Made by a program: the position numbers and the translations under genes. The notes beneath the pieces are model-generated. The model saw nothing but the letters and a program-made list of their open reading frames with translations, did not search any database and had not been told where the DNA came from. A DNA stretch of 64,000 bases from Kiritimatiellota bacterium (GTDB lineage: Bacteria; Verrucomicrobiota; Kiritimatiellia; JAAZAB01): positions 21,306-85,305 of the forward strand of contig JAPLSY010000030.1 in the NCBI GenBank assembly GCA_026398415.1. The letters are read 5' to 3'. This document shows, piece after piece, positions 36,577 through 45,414 of this stretch; the stretch's first letter is position 1, and each line of letters starts with the position of its first letter.

Positions 36577-37614
36577 ATGAAAAAGTACCGTGTTGCAATT
36601 ATTGGCTGCGGAAATCGCGGCAGAGATCATGCAAAATCGTATAAATGGTTGCCGGAAGCTGAAGTCGTCGCCGGATGCGATGTAGCTTCGGAGAAAAGCC
36701 ATAAATTTGCCGGGGAATTCGGAATACTTCCGTATACTGACCCCGAAAAAATGCTGAAAGAAGTGAAGCCGGACCTGGTGCATATCACCACCTATCCGGA
36801 TGTGCGTGTTCCATTGATGATGCTGGTCTCGGATTGTAATGTTCCGGCCTGCACAACCGAAAAACCGGTTGCTGCAAGGGTTGCCGACTGGAAACAGCTG
36901 TGCGCGTTGGAGGCCCGCAGCAAAACCCGCTTTGCCGTGAGTCATCAGTGCCGCTGGCAAAAGAATTTTGTCAAGTGTCACAATGCCCTCGAATCAGGAC
37001 AACTGGGGCAGGTAAAATTTCTGGATATGTCCGCAGGCATGAACATTTCCGGGCAGGGCACCCATATTTTGAACTATGCCATGGCGTTTAATAATAACGT
37101 TCCCGTAAAGAGTGTCTTCGGCGCGGCAAGCGGAACCGCGGAAATGTCCGCCGTTCATCCCGGACCGGACACCACTATCGGCTATTTGACCTTTGAAAAT
37201 GGAGTGCGCGCCCTGTGGAATAACGGTCCGACCGCTCCGCGTTGCGGCGACCCGGATGTCTTCTGGAAGCATGTGCGGGTGGCGGCTTATGCCGAATTGG
37301 GACGGGTCAGTTGGGAAGAGTTCAATCACTGGGAAATTGTATCGCCAAAAGGGGTTGAATCCGGAGACTACGGCGGCATGGATACCTGGACAGAGAATAA
37401 TCTCAAATCCCAGGCTGATTTTCATCGGGCCATGCTCAAGTGGATTAAGGATCCCGGCAAAATACCGGGAACAAATCTCAAACAATCACTGCATGAATGG
37501 AAGGTTGTCCTGGCGCTTTATGCCAGCGCGCTGGAGCGGAGGCCGGTCCAGCTCGACAGTTTCAATCCGCAGGACAATCTTTTCGAATGCCTGGAAAAAG
37601 CCCTGAAAAACTGA
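36577..37614 (+). CDS. Gfo/Idh/MocA family oxidoreductase
   Basis: VAIIGCGNRG..H, VAGCD, EKPVA, VSHQCRW, QGTH. Confidence 0.9.
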   Translation: MKKYRVAIIGCGNRGRDHAKSYKWLPEAEVVAGCDVASEKSHKFAGEFGILPYTDPEKMLKEVKPDLVHITTYPDVRVPLMMLVSDCNVPACTTEKPVAARVADWKQLCALEARSKTRFAVSHQCRWQKNFVKCHNALESGQLGQVKFLDMSAGMNISGQGTHILNYAMAFNNNVPVKSVFGAASGTAEMSAVHPGPDTTIGYLTFENGVRALWNNGPTAPRCGDPDVFWKHVRVAAYAELGRVSWEEFNHWEIVSPKGVESGDYGGMDTWTENNLKSQADFHRAMLKWIKDPGKIPGTNLKQSLHEWKVVLALYASALERRPVQLDSFNPQDNLFECLEKALKN

Positions 37615-37703
37615 CCATTGGAATGTCGGCGGGAATGGCGGAATTTCCGCAATGCGAAGGTTGGTATGCTGTGGTCGCATGAAACGAACAAAGGAATAAC
37701 TAA

Positions 37704-38741
37704 ATGAAAGTCGTCGGCATCATCGGAGAACGTCAAAGCCAATTAGTGGAAAAACCTGACCCGCACGCCCGGGGGGAGTTGGCGCTCGTCAAGATTATTG
37801 CGGTCCCCATGTGCACGGAGTACAAGGGATTTGAATCCGGAGGGAAGACCTGCTGCCTGGGGCATGAGGCGGCCGGAGAAGTTGTCGAAGTTGCCCAACC
37901 CTCGCGGGTAAAAGTGGGCGATCGTGTAGTCGTCATGCCCCTTTATGCTTGCGGTCAATGCCCGCTTTGTCTGAAGGGCGACTACATTTATTGTCAGCAC
38001 CAGCTTGATTTCCCAAAAGTCACCGGGCAGGCCACGGGCAACGTCACCTACGCGCAATATCTGCTGAAACAAGATTGGCTGCTTGTTCCAATTCCAGACA
38101 AAGTCTCTTACGATCACGCCAGCATGGCCTGCTGCGGGTTGGGCCCGACTTTCGGGGCCATGCAACGCATGCAGGCGGATGCTTTCGATACGATCCTGAT
38201 TGCCGGCATGGGGCCCGTGGGCTTGGGCGGTATTATCAACGGCTTATTCAGGGGCATGCGCGTTATTGCCGTGGAATCACATCCTTATCGGGCCAAGCTT
38301 GCCCTGAAGCTTGGCGCAACGGCGGTCATTAATCCACAGGAAGCCGATCCGCTCGGACAGATCATGGATTTGACGCATGGCCTGGGTGTGGACAAATTCA
38401 TCGACTGTACCGGCATCCCGGCTGCCCAGCGGCTTGGCATTGACGCCGTTCGCCGCAGAGGCCAGGTTGCTTTTGTGGGCGAAGGCGGCAACCTGAATAT
38501 TCACGTCGGCAATGATATGCTGCGCAAGGGCTTGACCCTGCACGGTTCCTGGCACTTCAACCTTGGCGATGTTCCGCGGCTGATGCAGGTCATAATTAAA
38601 TCGGCCAAATTGCTGGACGAACTGATCACGCACAAATTTGCCATGGAAGATATCCAGCGCGCATTTGAACTCCAGTCGACTAAAAACTGCGGGAAAGTAA
38701 TCCTGTATCCGTGGCAAAAATCCGGTTCATTGGCAACATAG
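37704..38741 (+). CDS. Zinc-binding (MDR) alcohol/sugar dehydrogenase
   Basis: MCTE, GHEAAGEV, CGQCPLC..GDYIYC, GMGPVG. Confidence 0.9.
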   Translation: MKVVGIIGERQSQLVEKPDPHARGELALVKIIAVPMCTEYKGFESGGKTCCLGHEAAGEVVEVAQPSRVKVGDRVVVMPLYACGQCPLCLKGDYIYCQHQLDFPKVTGQATGNVTYAQYLLKQDWLLVPIPDKVSYDHASMACCGLGPTFGAMQRMQADAFDTILIAGMGPVGLGGIINGLFRGMRVIAVESHPYRAKLALKLGATAVINPQEADPLGQIMDLTHGLGVDKFIDCTGIPAAQRLGIDAVRRRGQVAFVGEGGNLNIHVGNDMLRKGLTLHGSWHFNLGDVPRLMQVIIKSAKLLDELITHKFAMEDIQRAFELQSTKNCGKVILYPWQKSGSLAT

Positions 38742-38842
38742 ATATTTTTACCGCCAAAGCGGATTTACTGAACTCATACAGTCATAAGTTCGCGCACCTC
38801 TCTGACCGCCGTCTGTTGAGGCCAACAATCGTTCTTTGAGCG

Positions 38843-38998
38843 TCATTTTTTGTTTCCCGTGGCTGGGGGATTCGAGTCCAGAACCTGTTTGACGATATCC
38901 ATGCCCACCAACCGGCTCCAGGCTTCGGTCAGGCGCTTGAACATCGGGCCGGGACGGCCGTCGCCAATGGAGACCCCATTGATGCGGGTCACCGGCGC
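38843..38998 (-). pseudogene. Duplicate 3' end of the class IV aminotransferase gene
   Basis: 38874-38998 matches 43496-43620 at 123/125 nt; reads ...RLVGMDIVKQVLDSNPPATGNKK-stop. Confidence 0.9.
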
Positions 38999-39175
38999 GG
39001 GCAACGACTTCGATCAGATTGGTGTGCGCCCATCCCCAATTGGTCCACGGCGGGGTCGGCGACGGTTGTTGGCTCGACGTCACCACGTAATAATTCGTTG
39101 CGCTGCCCAGGGCGTTATCAGGGTCATCGCCAGTCCCAACCCGAGAAACATCCGTTGCAAGTATTGCGTTTTCAT
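38999..39175 (-). pseudogene. Frameshifted 5' fragment of a secreted protein paralogous to the 60838-62235 gene
   Basis: MKTQYLQRMFLGLGLAMTLITPWAA(-1 nt)...PTPPWTNWGWAHTNLIEVVA aligns with 60841-61017; fused to aminotransferase 3' end. Confidence 0.88.
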
Positions 39176-39257
39176 CGTGCGCCTCACTTTATCTTATGTG
39201 CTTCGCTTTGTTTTTCGAACATATTGACAAGAGTCTGTTGCCGCAGTAGCCACCCAT

Positions 39258-40880
39258 CTATGAACCCTTGAAGTAGAACTCAACCCAGTTCACAGTGACG
39301 GCTTTGAGCGCGCGAATCTCGATCAGGTTATAGCCTTCGTTCATTGCGGACTTTGGCACGCTGTACCCGCAGACAGGGCCGGTCGGCGCGGGATTCTGCA
39401 ACTTGACATCGCCGGAAAACGCACAGACGAAACCATTGACTCTGACTGTCAGCGTGGATGCGTCGAATGCGCCTGTTTCACTGCCCAACATCACGCTGAC
39501 TTCCTCGGTGTCCGGCTTTGGCCCCGTGTGAATGCGGAATCTGTAGTGCGCCCCCGGATAGGTGGTTACGGGAAGCTGATAAATTTTGGGCTCGCCGGGG
39601 GCGGCAACGTCGTGATACGTAAGCACGTGACGCCTGGTCTTCCCGCGTATCGTCTTGAGGTCCCCAATTTCCGACATAACTTTGTGGTGCCTCGGGTCTG
39701 CCGGAACGCTGTCAAACATGTTGAACGTGTATATTCTGTCGGCCCCGCGAACCAGGTATGAAGCGGCGCTGCCGCGGAGGGTCTCGATAGAATTGCCCTG
39801 CCTTGGAAACGACAGGGTTGGGCTTATCCCGGCCTCCAGGCCGGCGGCGATTTTCACCTTGGTCTTCAGCAGCAGCCGCTTCCAGATGTCTATGGGCATG
39901 TCGTTGTCAATGGTTTGGAAAAACGGGGTCGGCACGATCCAGTCGATCAGCCCTTCTTGCGCCCATGTCGCGACATCGTAGCCCATCAGCAGCGCCGTTT
40001 CTGGGCGATAGGGAACGCGCGCAGAAAGCGCTATGCGATGCCCAACACGCTTCTCGGCGGCGTCCATCACACGGCGCGCCTCGCGGATGAACTCAGTGAG
40101 CTGTTTGGCGCCCTCGGCCTCGTGTCCCGGCCGGAACAGATAACCAAACCGCATGAAGTCCATTTCGAAGCCGTCGAAATCATAGCGCTGGGCCAGTTCG
40201 CGAATCAGCTTCATATGGTATTCGCGAACTTCGGGATGCCCGTAGTCGAGCGCGTTATCGCTCCAGTCGCCGACCATGCCTTCCGTGTAGTTGACGCGCC
40301 GGAATTCAGGATGTGCGCGCCAGAAATCGCCGTGCAGATAGTAGTTTGGATCGTGGACGCCGTGGATATCGTTCATGCGCATACTGATCCAGGGAGCTAT
40401 GCCCAGCTTGCGACAGCGCTCCGTCCACACCTTGTAAGGATCAATGCCGTCCTGGTTCAGTTGCCAGGCCAACTGAATCCACGCCCGAGCGCTCTTCTGC
40501 TCATTCGTGGGCACGCTGGCAAACAGCGGCTGATTGTCCGGACCGTTGGGGTCCAGACCCTTCCAAACAGGCGTCCACACTTTGCTGTCGTAGCTCGTGC
40601 GCTGACAGTTCGGGTTGAAGAGCATGGCCTTGATCTGCGTGTCGGCGTACTGGTCGACAAACGCCTCCACTTCAGCCAAAGACAGTTTTTTCATTGCACG
40701 GCGGGCGTGGAAGAAGTGGGAAGCATCCTCATTGAACATTATCCCGGTTACTCCCGCCGGGTGCTCGACGCTCTTGAGCACGAGACCGCGCTCCTTTTCT
40801 CCCGGCCCATTTGCGCGCCAGAACAACAACATCAGGGCGGCGATACAGACCACTAAAATAAGGAAACCGAGTTTCATCAT
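39258..40880 (-). CDS. Putative glycoside hydrolase (GHL10/DUF187-like TIM barrel) with N-terminal anchor
   Basis: SMRMNDIH, LDYGHPEVREY, YDFDGFEMDFMR, QEGLIDWIV. Confidence 0.6.
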   Translation of the reverse strand: MMKLGFLILVVCIAALMLLFWRANGPGEKERGLVLKSVEHPAGVTGIMFNEDASHFFHARRAMKKLSLAEVEAFVDQYADTQIKAMLFNPNCQRTSYDSKVWTPVWKGLDPNGPDNQPLFASVPTNEQKSARAWIQLAWQLNQDGIDPYKVWTERCRKLGIAPWISMRMNDIHGVHDPNYYLHGDFWRAHPEFRRVNYTEGMVGDWSDNALDYGHPEVREYHMKLIRELAQRYDFDGFEMDFMRFGYLFRPGHEAEGAKQLTEFIREARRVMDAAEKRVGHRIALSARVPYRPETALLMGYDVATWAQEGLIDWIVPTPFFQTIDNDMPIDIWKRLLLKTKVKIAAGLEAGISPTLSFPRQGNSIETLRGSAASYLVRGADRIYTFNMFDSVPADPRHHKVMSEIGDLKTIRGKTRRHVLTYHDVAAPGEPKIYQLPVTTYPGAHYRFRIHTGPKPDTEEVSVMLGSETGAFDASTLTVRVNGFVCAFSGDVKLQNPAPTGPVCGYSVPKSAMNEGYNLIEIRALKAVTVNWVEFYFKGS

Positions 40881-40935
40881 AATTACCTTTCATAAGTACG
40901 CCTCGCCGGCCCGTGTTCCATATTCGTCTTACTTT

Positions 40936-42102
40936 CTATTTTTTCTGCCAGCACGTTTGGACGGCCCGGCTCAGCGCATACAAGCATTCCTCGGGAGTAT
41001 CGGGACCAAAAGCTTCCGCCGTTCCCACAACCAACCCACGGCCATCGGGTGCCTGGGTGAAAAGTGCTTCAACCGCTTGCTGGATGGTCTGTTGATTTCC
41101 TCGTTCAAAAACATAAATGGGGTCCAGTGCGCCCATGAGGCAGATTTTATTTCCCCACTTTTTTCGGATCTCTCCAAAGACGCAGTCGCCGACCGGCGGG
41201 GGTTGCAGTCCGCTGACAATATCGACCCCCAGGTCCGCCAGAAATGGGAAAATGTCGGTCATCCTGCCGTCGTCTTGATAGCGGTAATAAGCCCCATAAT
41301 TTTTCACCAGCTGAACGCTTTCGCGGATGAGGGGATGGAAAAATTCCTTAATATGATCAGGTGACCAGCCGACCGACGGCCCGCATTGGAACCAACTGAC
41401 GGCGATGTGCCGATGACCGGACTCCAAAACGGTTTTCAGGAGACGAAGATGCTGATCCTGGCAGACGCGGAGCACGGCATGTAAAAGGGGCTTATTATCC
41501 ACGGCACAGATGAGCATGTTTTCCGGTCCCAGCGCTTCCATACCCCAGGTCCCGGCATTGGAACCTTCGAGAAATTCAACCACGCCCCGTTCGCCGACAA
41601 TTTGCGAAAACAGTTTCAGGTCAGTGACGAAGTTTTTTCGCGGCGCCGGGTAAAGATGCTTTAACGCGGGAATGTCGTCCAGGGATTTGACCAGGGGTTC
41701 TTCCCGATGGGGGTTGGGACCATCGCCATAGCCCATGTCCGGCCGTGCCCAGGCAATCCGGTCGGTCAACGTACCATCCGGGGTGTGGAATTGGCGGATA
41801 TGAATGGTTTGGTCCGTTGCATTTTCCACCCGAATATCGATTTTAACCCCGGGCAAATCCCGGTATCCGCCGTCGGGGCGATAGACGTAATCGGTGGCCA
41901 TCGGATGATTTAAATACAACCCGTACATGATCATGGCATCGAATCCGAACGTTTCGCAGGCCTGCAGTTGGTGCATTTCGCAGGGACAGCCCCATCGTCC
42001 GCGTATCCAGCGAATAAGGTTGGGCATTACCGCGGGGCGGTCCGTGTCCTTCCTCGAAAAAGCGGCCAGCAAACGTTGCCGCGGCGTCATTGTTATAGTC
42101 AT
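40936..42102 (-). CDS. UroD/MtaA-fold protein
   Basis: MTPRQRLLAAF, TPDGTL, YQDDG, ICLMGALDP, GLVVGTAE. Confidence 0.82.
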   Translation of the reverse strand: MTITMTPRQRLLAAFSRKDTDRPAVMPNLIRWIRGRWGCPCEMHQLQACETFGFDAMIMYGLYLNHPMATDYVYRPDGGYRDLPGVKIDIRVENATDQTIHIRQFHTPDGTLTDRIAWARPDMGYGDGPNPHREEPLVKSLDDIPALKHLYPAPRKNFVTDLKLFSQIVGERGVVEFLEGSNAGTWGMEALGPENMLICAVDNKPLLHAVLRVCQDQHLRLLKTVLESGHRHIAVSWFQCGPSVGWSPDHIKEFFHPLIRESVQLVKNYGAYYRYQDDGRMTDIFPFLADLGVDIVSGLQPPPVGDCVFGEIRKKWGNKICLMGALDPIYVFERGNQQTIQQAVEALFTQAPDGRGLVVGTAEAFGPDTPEECLYALSRAVQTCWQKK

Positions 42103-42134
42103 TATTGAAATCCTTTCAGTATCATCACCAAAAG

Positions 42135-43310
42135 TTAATATCCATGTGAAGTATTGATAAGCAGGTCGATTCTTTCCGGATCCGTATGCATTGTCACGCA
42201 ACTGCCTGTCGAAGTGATAAAACGTCCATCCTTTCCCGCGACATCGATCTGATGTTTGACTTTTTTTATAATATCCTCTTTAAGCCCTTTTTCCAAAAGA
42301 TTAATAGCATCTAGATTGCCAACAAGCGCAATGTCATTTCCTACTCTTTTTCGCACATCGGCAATATCAATGTTGAATGTTTCTTCAACATGCAGGGCAT
42401 CAATATCCATCTCCAATAATTTTTCAAGCCTGGGCACAACATTACCCGTAAGGTAATATTTCACCATAAGCCCTAAATGTTTTGCTTCTGCAACCAGTTC
42501 TTTCTGGTACGGGAAACTGAATTCATCATAGACCTGAGGTGAAATCATGTCGGAACCGGTCCAGATTTCGCCTGTATGTATGCCGTCAGCTCCATAATCT
42601 TTGACTACTTTCAGATATTCCATTTCCTGTTCCATCATTCTATTAAGCAAATATTTCAAAAGCTCCGGATTTTCATTTATCATTATAAAACCGCTATTGA
42701 GCCCCAAAATCCCCACAGCCAGGCGGAATACAGAACCGACCCCACCCGCTTCTACGTATAAGCCGGGGTCGCATTGCTTTTTAAAAAGCTTGAGTGTATC
42801 CCAAAATCCTCTTTGCTTGACCGAGGCTGCTTGCTCAAGCGGAAACAACCGGTCAATATCTTCTTTGGAACTAATCGGGTACTTGTCATCCATGGTCATG
42901 AACTGCTGCCCGTTGACAATGACTTCAATCTCACCGTGCATTATAAATGGCTTTTCACGAGGGGGGATTGAATCTCTGTACTGGGCATGGTAATTGCTGC
43001 CCAGTTTGTATTTCTTACCGCTTTCCTTCTCTATTAAATATGCCTCGCCGTTATTTTTTATTTCGACATCATGGTTTTTTATCCAATTACTGGTACGGCC
43101 TTTAGCCCACAAAATAAAACTGTCGGGTTTAAATCTTTCAACACACGCAAGCTGCGCCCTGGTGCGGTAATTCACGTCCTGGTAAAGAAATTTATAGGGC
43201 GGTATGCCGGATACCCCACAGATCGCTTCTGTACTGAAAAACAGTTCAACAGGAACAACATCTGTTTCTTTGCCTTCCATGACGGAAATTATTCTTTCCC
43301 TGGAATTCAT
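42135..43310 (-). CDS. UroD/MtaA-fold protein (AT-rich gene)
   Basis: MNSRERIISVMEGKE.DVVP, GSDMISPQVYDEFSFPY, YLTG, LVGNLD, GRFITSTG. Confidence 0.85.
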   Translation of the reverse strand: MNSRERIISVMEGKETDVVPVELFFSTEAICGVSGIPPYKFLYQDVNYRTRAQLACVERFKPDSFILWAKGRTSNWIKNHDVEIKNNGEAYLIEKESGKKYKLGSNYHAQYRDSIPPREKPFIMHGEIEVIVNGQQFMTMDDKYPISSKEDIDRLFPLEQAASVKQRGFWDTLKLFKKQCDPGLYVEAGGVGSVFRLAVGILGLNSGFIMINENPELLKYLLNRMMEQEMEYLKVVKDYGADGIHTGEIWTGSDMISPQVYDEFSFPYQKELVAEAKHLGLMVKYYLTGNVVPRLEKLLEMDIDALHVEETFNIDIADVRKRVGNDIALVGNLDAINLLEKGLKEDIIKKVKHQIDVAGKDGRFITSTGSCVTMHTDPERIDLLINTSHGY

Positions 43311-43485
43311 TCCTATTATCCTCAGTTAAATTTTAACAAATGACTTTACTTCTGCGTTTCTTCAACGACCATGGCGCCGTGCGGCGGCCACATAGGCGTT
43401 CAAACAATCGACCGGTGTTGTCGGATCAACAGCTTCGGCGGTGCACAGGACAAAACCGGGTGCCGGCCCAGCCGCCTCCAAGGTC

Positions 43486-44439
43486 TCACATACTAGAGTC
43501 CAGAATCTGTTTGACGATATCCATGCCCACCAACCGGCTCCAGGCTTCGGTCAGGCGCTTGAACATCGGGCCGGAACGGCCGTCGCCAATGGAGACCCCA
43601 TTGATGCGGGTCACCGGCGCCAGGGAATAGGGCGTGGTCGGCAAAAAGGCCTCATCGGCGTTCATGACGTCATGAACCTGAAAATCGCGCTCGACGAATG
43701 GGATTTGCATCTCGCGACACAGGTCCATCACGGTCAGCATGCTGATGCCCGGGAGAATATTGCGGGGCAAGGGCGAGATTACACTCCCGTTTTTGACGAT
43801 CAGGAAATTGGAGCCGCCGGTCTCGGTAACATTGCCGTCCAGGTCTAGGCACAGGGCCACCGCCTTCGGGTCCGTCAAGTGCGCCTCCTGATCCGCCAGC
43901 CACCAGTGCATCCGACTGCGGCATTTGATTTTTGGGTCCACGCATTGCGGCGGCACGTGACGAATGGAGGGCGTGACCACATGAATGCCGTCCGTAAAAG
44001 CCTGCTTCCAAAGATAAAACGGGATCGGAAATGTGTGCATGCAGAAGGTCGGTTCCATCTTGCCCGACATCCCGGCGCCGCCGGCATAAATTTTCAATTC
44101 GCCCGGCGAGAGAAATAAAACCAGCGACAGGTCTTCCTCGGGTTTCAACAGAGCGGCATTGCGCTCGGTCAACTCGCGGCAGATCCGCGTTGTTTCGTCG
44201 GCCGATTCCACGGGATAAATGCGCGTATATTTACACGAACGATAAAACCGCGCAATGTGATCTTCCAACCGGAAAAGCCGGTGGCGGAACGTTCGCACCA
44301 GGTCCGTGACGGTCGCGCCGAGCACGACGGACGCGTCGTAGATGGCCACATGCGCCTGCGATGCCGGGATCATTTTGCCTTTCAGATAAACCAAGGGTTC
44401 CTGGGCGTTAAGCTTGGCTGCTTTTCCTTTTGCCTGCAT
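43486..44439 (-). CDS. Class IV PLP-dependent aminotransferase (IlvE/PabC/Dat family)
   Basis: LFRLEDHIARF, KIKCRSR (PLP lysine), TETGGSNF, LPGIS, DEAFLPTT. Confidence 0.9.
   Translation of the reverse strand: MQAKGKAAKLNAQEPLVYLKGKMIPASQAHVAIYDASVVLGATVTDLVRTFRHRLFRLEDHIARFYRSCKYTRIYPVESADETTRICRELTERNAALLKPEEDLSLVLFLSPGELKIYAGGAGMSGKMEPTFCMHTFPIPFYLWKQAFTDGIHVVTPSIRHVPPQCVDPKIKCRSRMHWWLADQEAHLTDPKAVALCLDLDGNVTETGGSNFLIVKNGSVISPLPRNILPGISMLTVMDLCREMQIPFVERDFQVHDVMNADEAFLPTTPYSLAPVTRINGVSIGDGRSGPMFKRLTEAWSRLVGMDIVKQILDSSM
43496..43620. repeat. 125-bp direct repeat partner of 38874-38998
   Basis: Two mismatches by direct comparison. Confidence 0.95.
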
Positions 44440-44529
44440 GGTTTTTCTCCTTTGCCTTCAGGGGTTAAGCCTTCTGCAATATTCCTAACTATTTATCGAA
44501 CAACAACATGCGTTGATTGTTTCCTTGAA

Positions 44530-44598
44530 TTATCCTCCATCTCCGCGTAGGATGCAAGTCGTTAAACACAAAACACCTGCAACGAAAATGGAGGATAA
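44530..44598 (+). promoter_or_regulatory. 11-bp inverted repeat able to sequester the transposase RBS
   Basis: TTATCCTCCAT (44530-44540) / ATGGAGGATAA (44588-44598); ATG at 44601. Confidence 0.55.
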
Positions 44599-44600
44599 AA

Positions 44601-45035
44601 ATGCAACAAATCCGTCTCCCGCTTTTCTATAATCTTCAGGACGTCATTCGAAAATCAGACTTCCATCGCAAATATGATCTGCTCTTTCAGTCGCTGGATC
44701 TGTCCGCTGTTCGCGACACCAACACGGGCCTTGACCGCACCGGCTACTCACGCCATGCCATCCTGCGAGCCTTCATTGTCAAACATCTCGAAGAAATTAA
44801 ATCCGTGCCCCGCTTAATCGAGTTCCTCGACGCTCATCCGGTGCTCACCGAAATGTGCGGATTCGACATGGGCGCTCTGCCCGATGAGTCTCAGTTCTAC
44901 AAGTTCCTCTCTCAAACCAACACCTCCGCAATCGAAACCCTCCACCATGCCGTCAATCAGAAACTCATTGATGCGGACGTGGTTTCTCTTTCCCATTTCA
45001 TCATGGATTCCAAACCCGTCATGGCCGCCACCCGC
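44601..45035 (+). mobile_element. Truncated DDE transposase (IS5/IS1182-like, DUF772-type N-terminus)
   Basis: GYSRHAILRAFIVKHL, LIEFL, MCGF, PDESQF, FIMDSKPV (first catalytic Asp); similarity appears to stop near 45035. Confidence 0.75.
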
Positions 45036-45249
45036 CGCAATAGCAACCGGCCGCGAGCCGGATGCCGCTTCCGATGTGCAACGCAACTCGACGAATCCGC
45101 TATAGACAAGGTTGGAATGGTCGGGAGCGACCGCCAGGGGAAGGGACTCGGCATTCGTTATCGTCGCGATTTCTTTCAGACCGACCGCGTTGCCTTTCTG
45201 ATACGCCACTTTCATGGTATCATTCCCCGATCATAGCGTATCGAGACTT

Positions 45250-45281
45250 CTCGAGGGCCACATCCGTAGGTGACCCTCGAG
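45250..45281. other. Stem-loop (12-bp stem, 8-nt loop) downstream of the kelch-repeat gene
   Basis: CTCGAGGGCCAC-ATCCGTAG-GTGACCCTCGAG. Confidence 0.5.
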
Positions 45282-45414
45282 CTCATTCGTCCGTTTATGA
45301 CTCACAACCCTTAGTTTAGCCAAGGGAGGGGGGGTATGATGTACCCCACCTCGCCCACAATATTCAGGGATTATCTTGACGTTATGACCTATTACGGAAG
45401 CAACGGAATAGTGC

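Noticed and set aside
38705-38790. Possible second 9-mer-type hairpin (TATCCGTGG / ACCGCCAAAGCGGATTTACTGAAC)
   Set aside because: Only partial resemblance to the 56581-56671 element; no clear periodicity or paired arms.
35524-43310. UroD-fold genes as heme-pathway HemE
   Set aside because: They lack the HemE N-terminal MRQAGR signature, occur in three divergent copies and have no tetrapyrrole genes nearby.
45033-45215. Minus-strand fragment MKVAYQKGNAVG... as a named gene
   Set aside because: No recognisable family motif; kept only as a possible junction partner of the transposase remnant.
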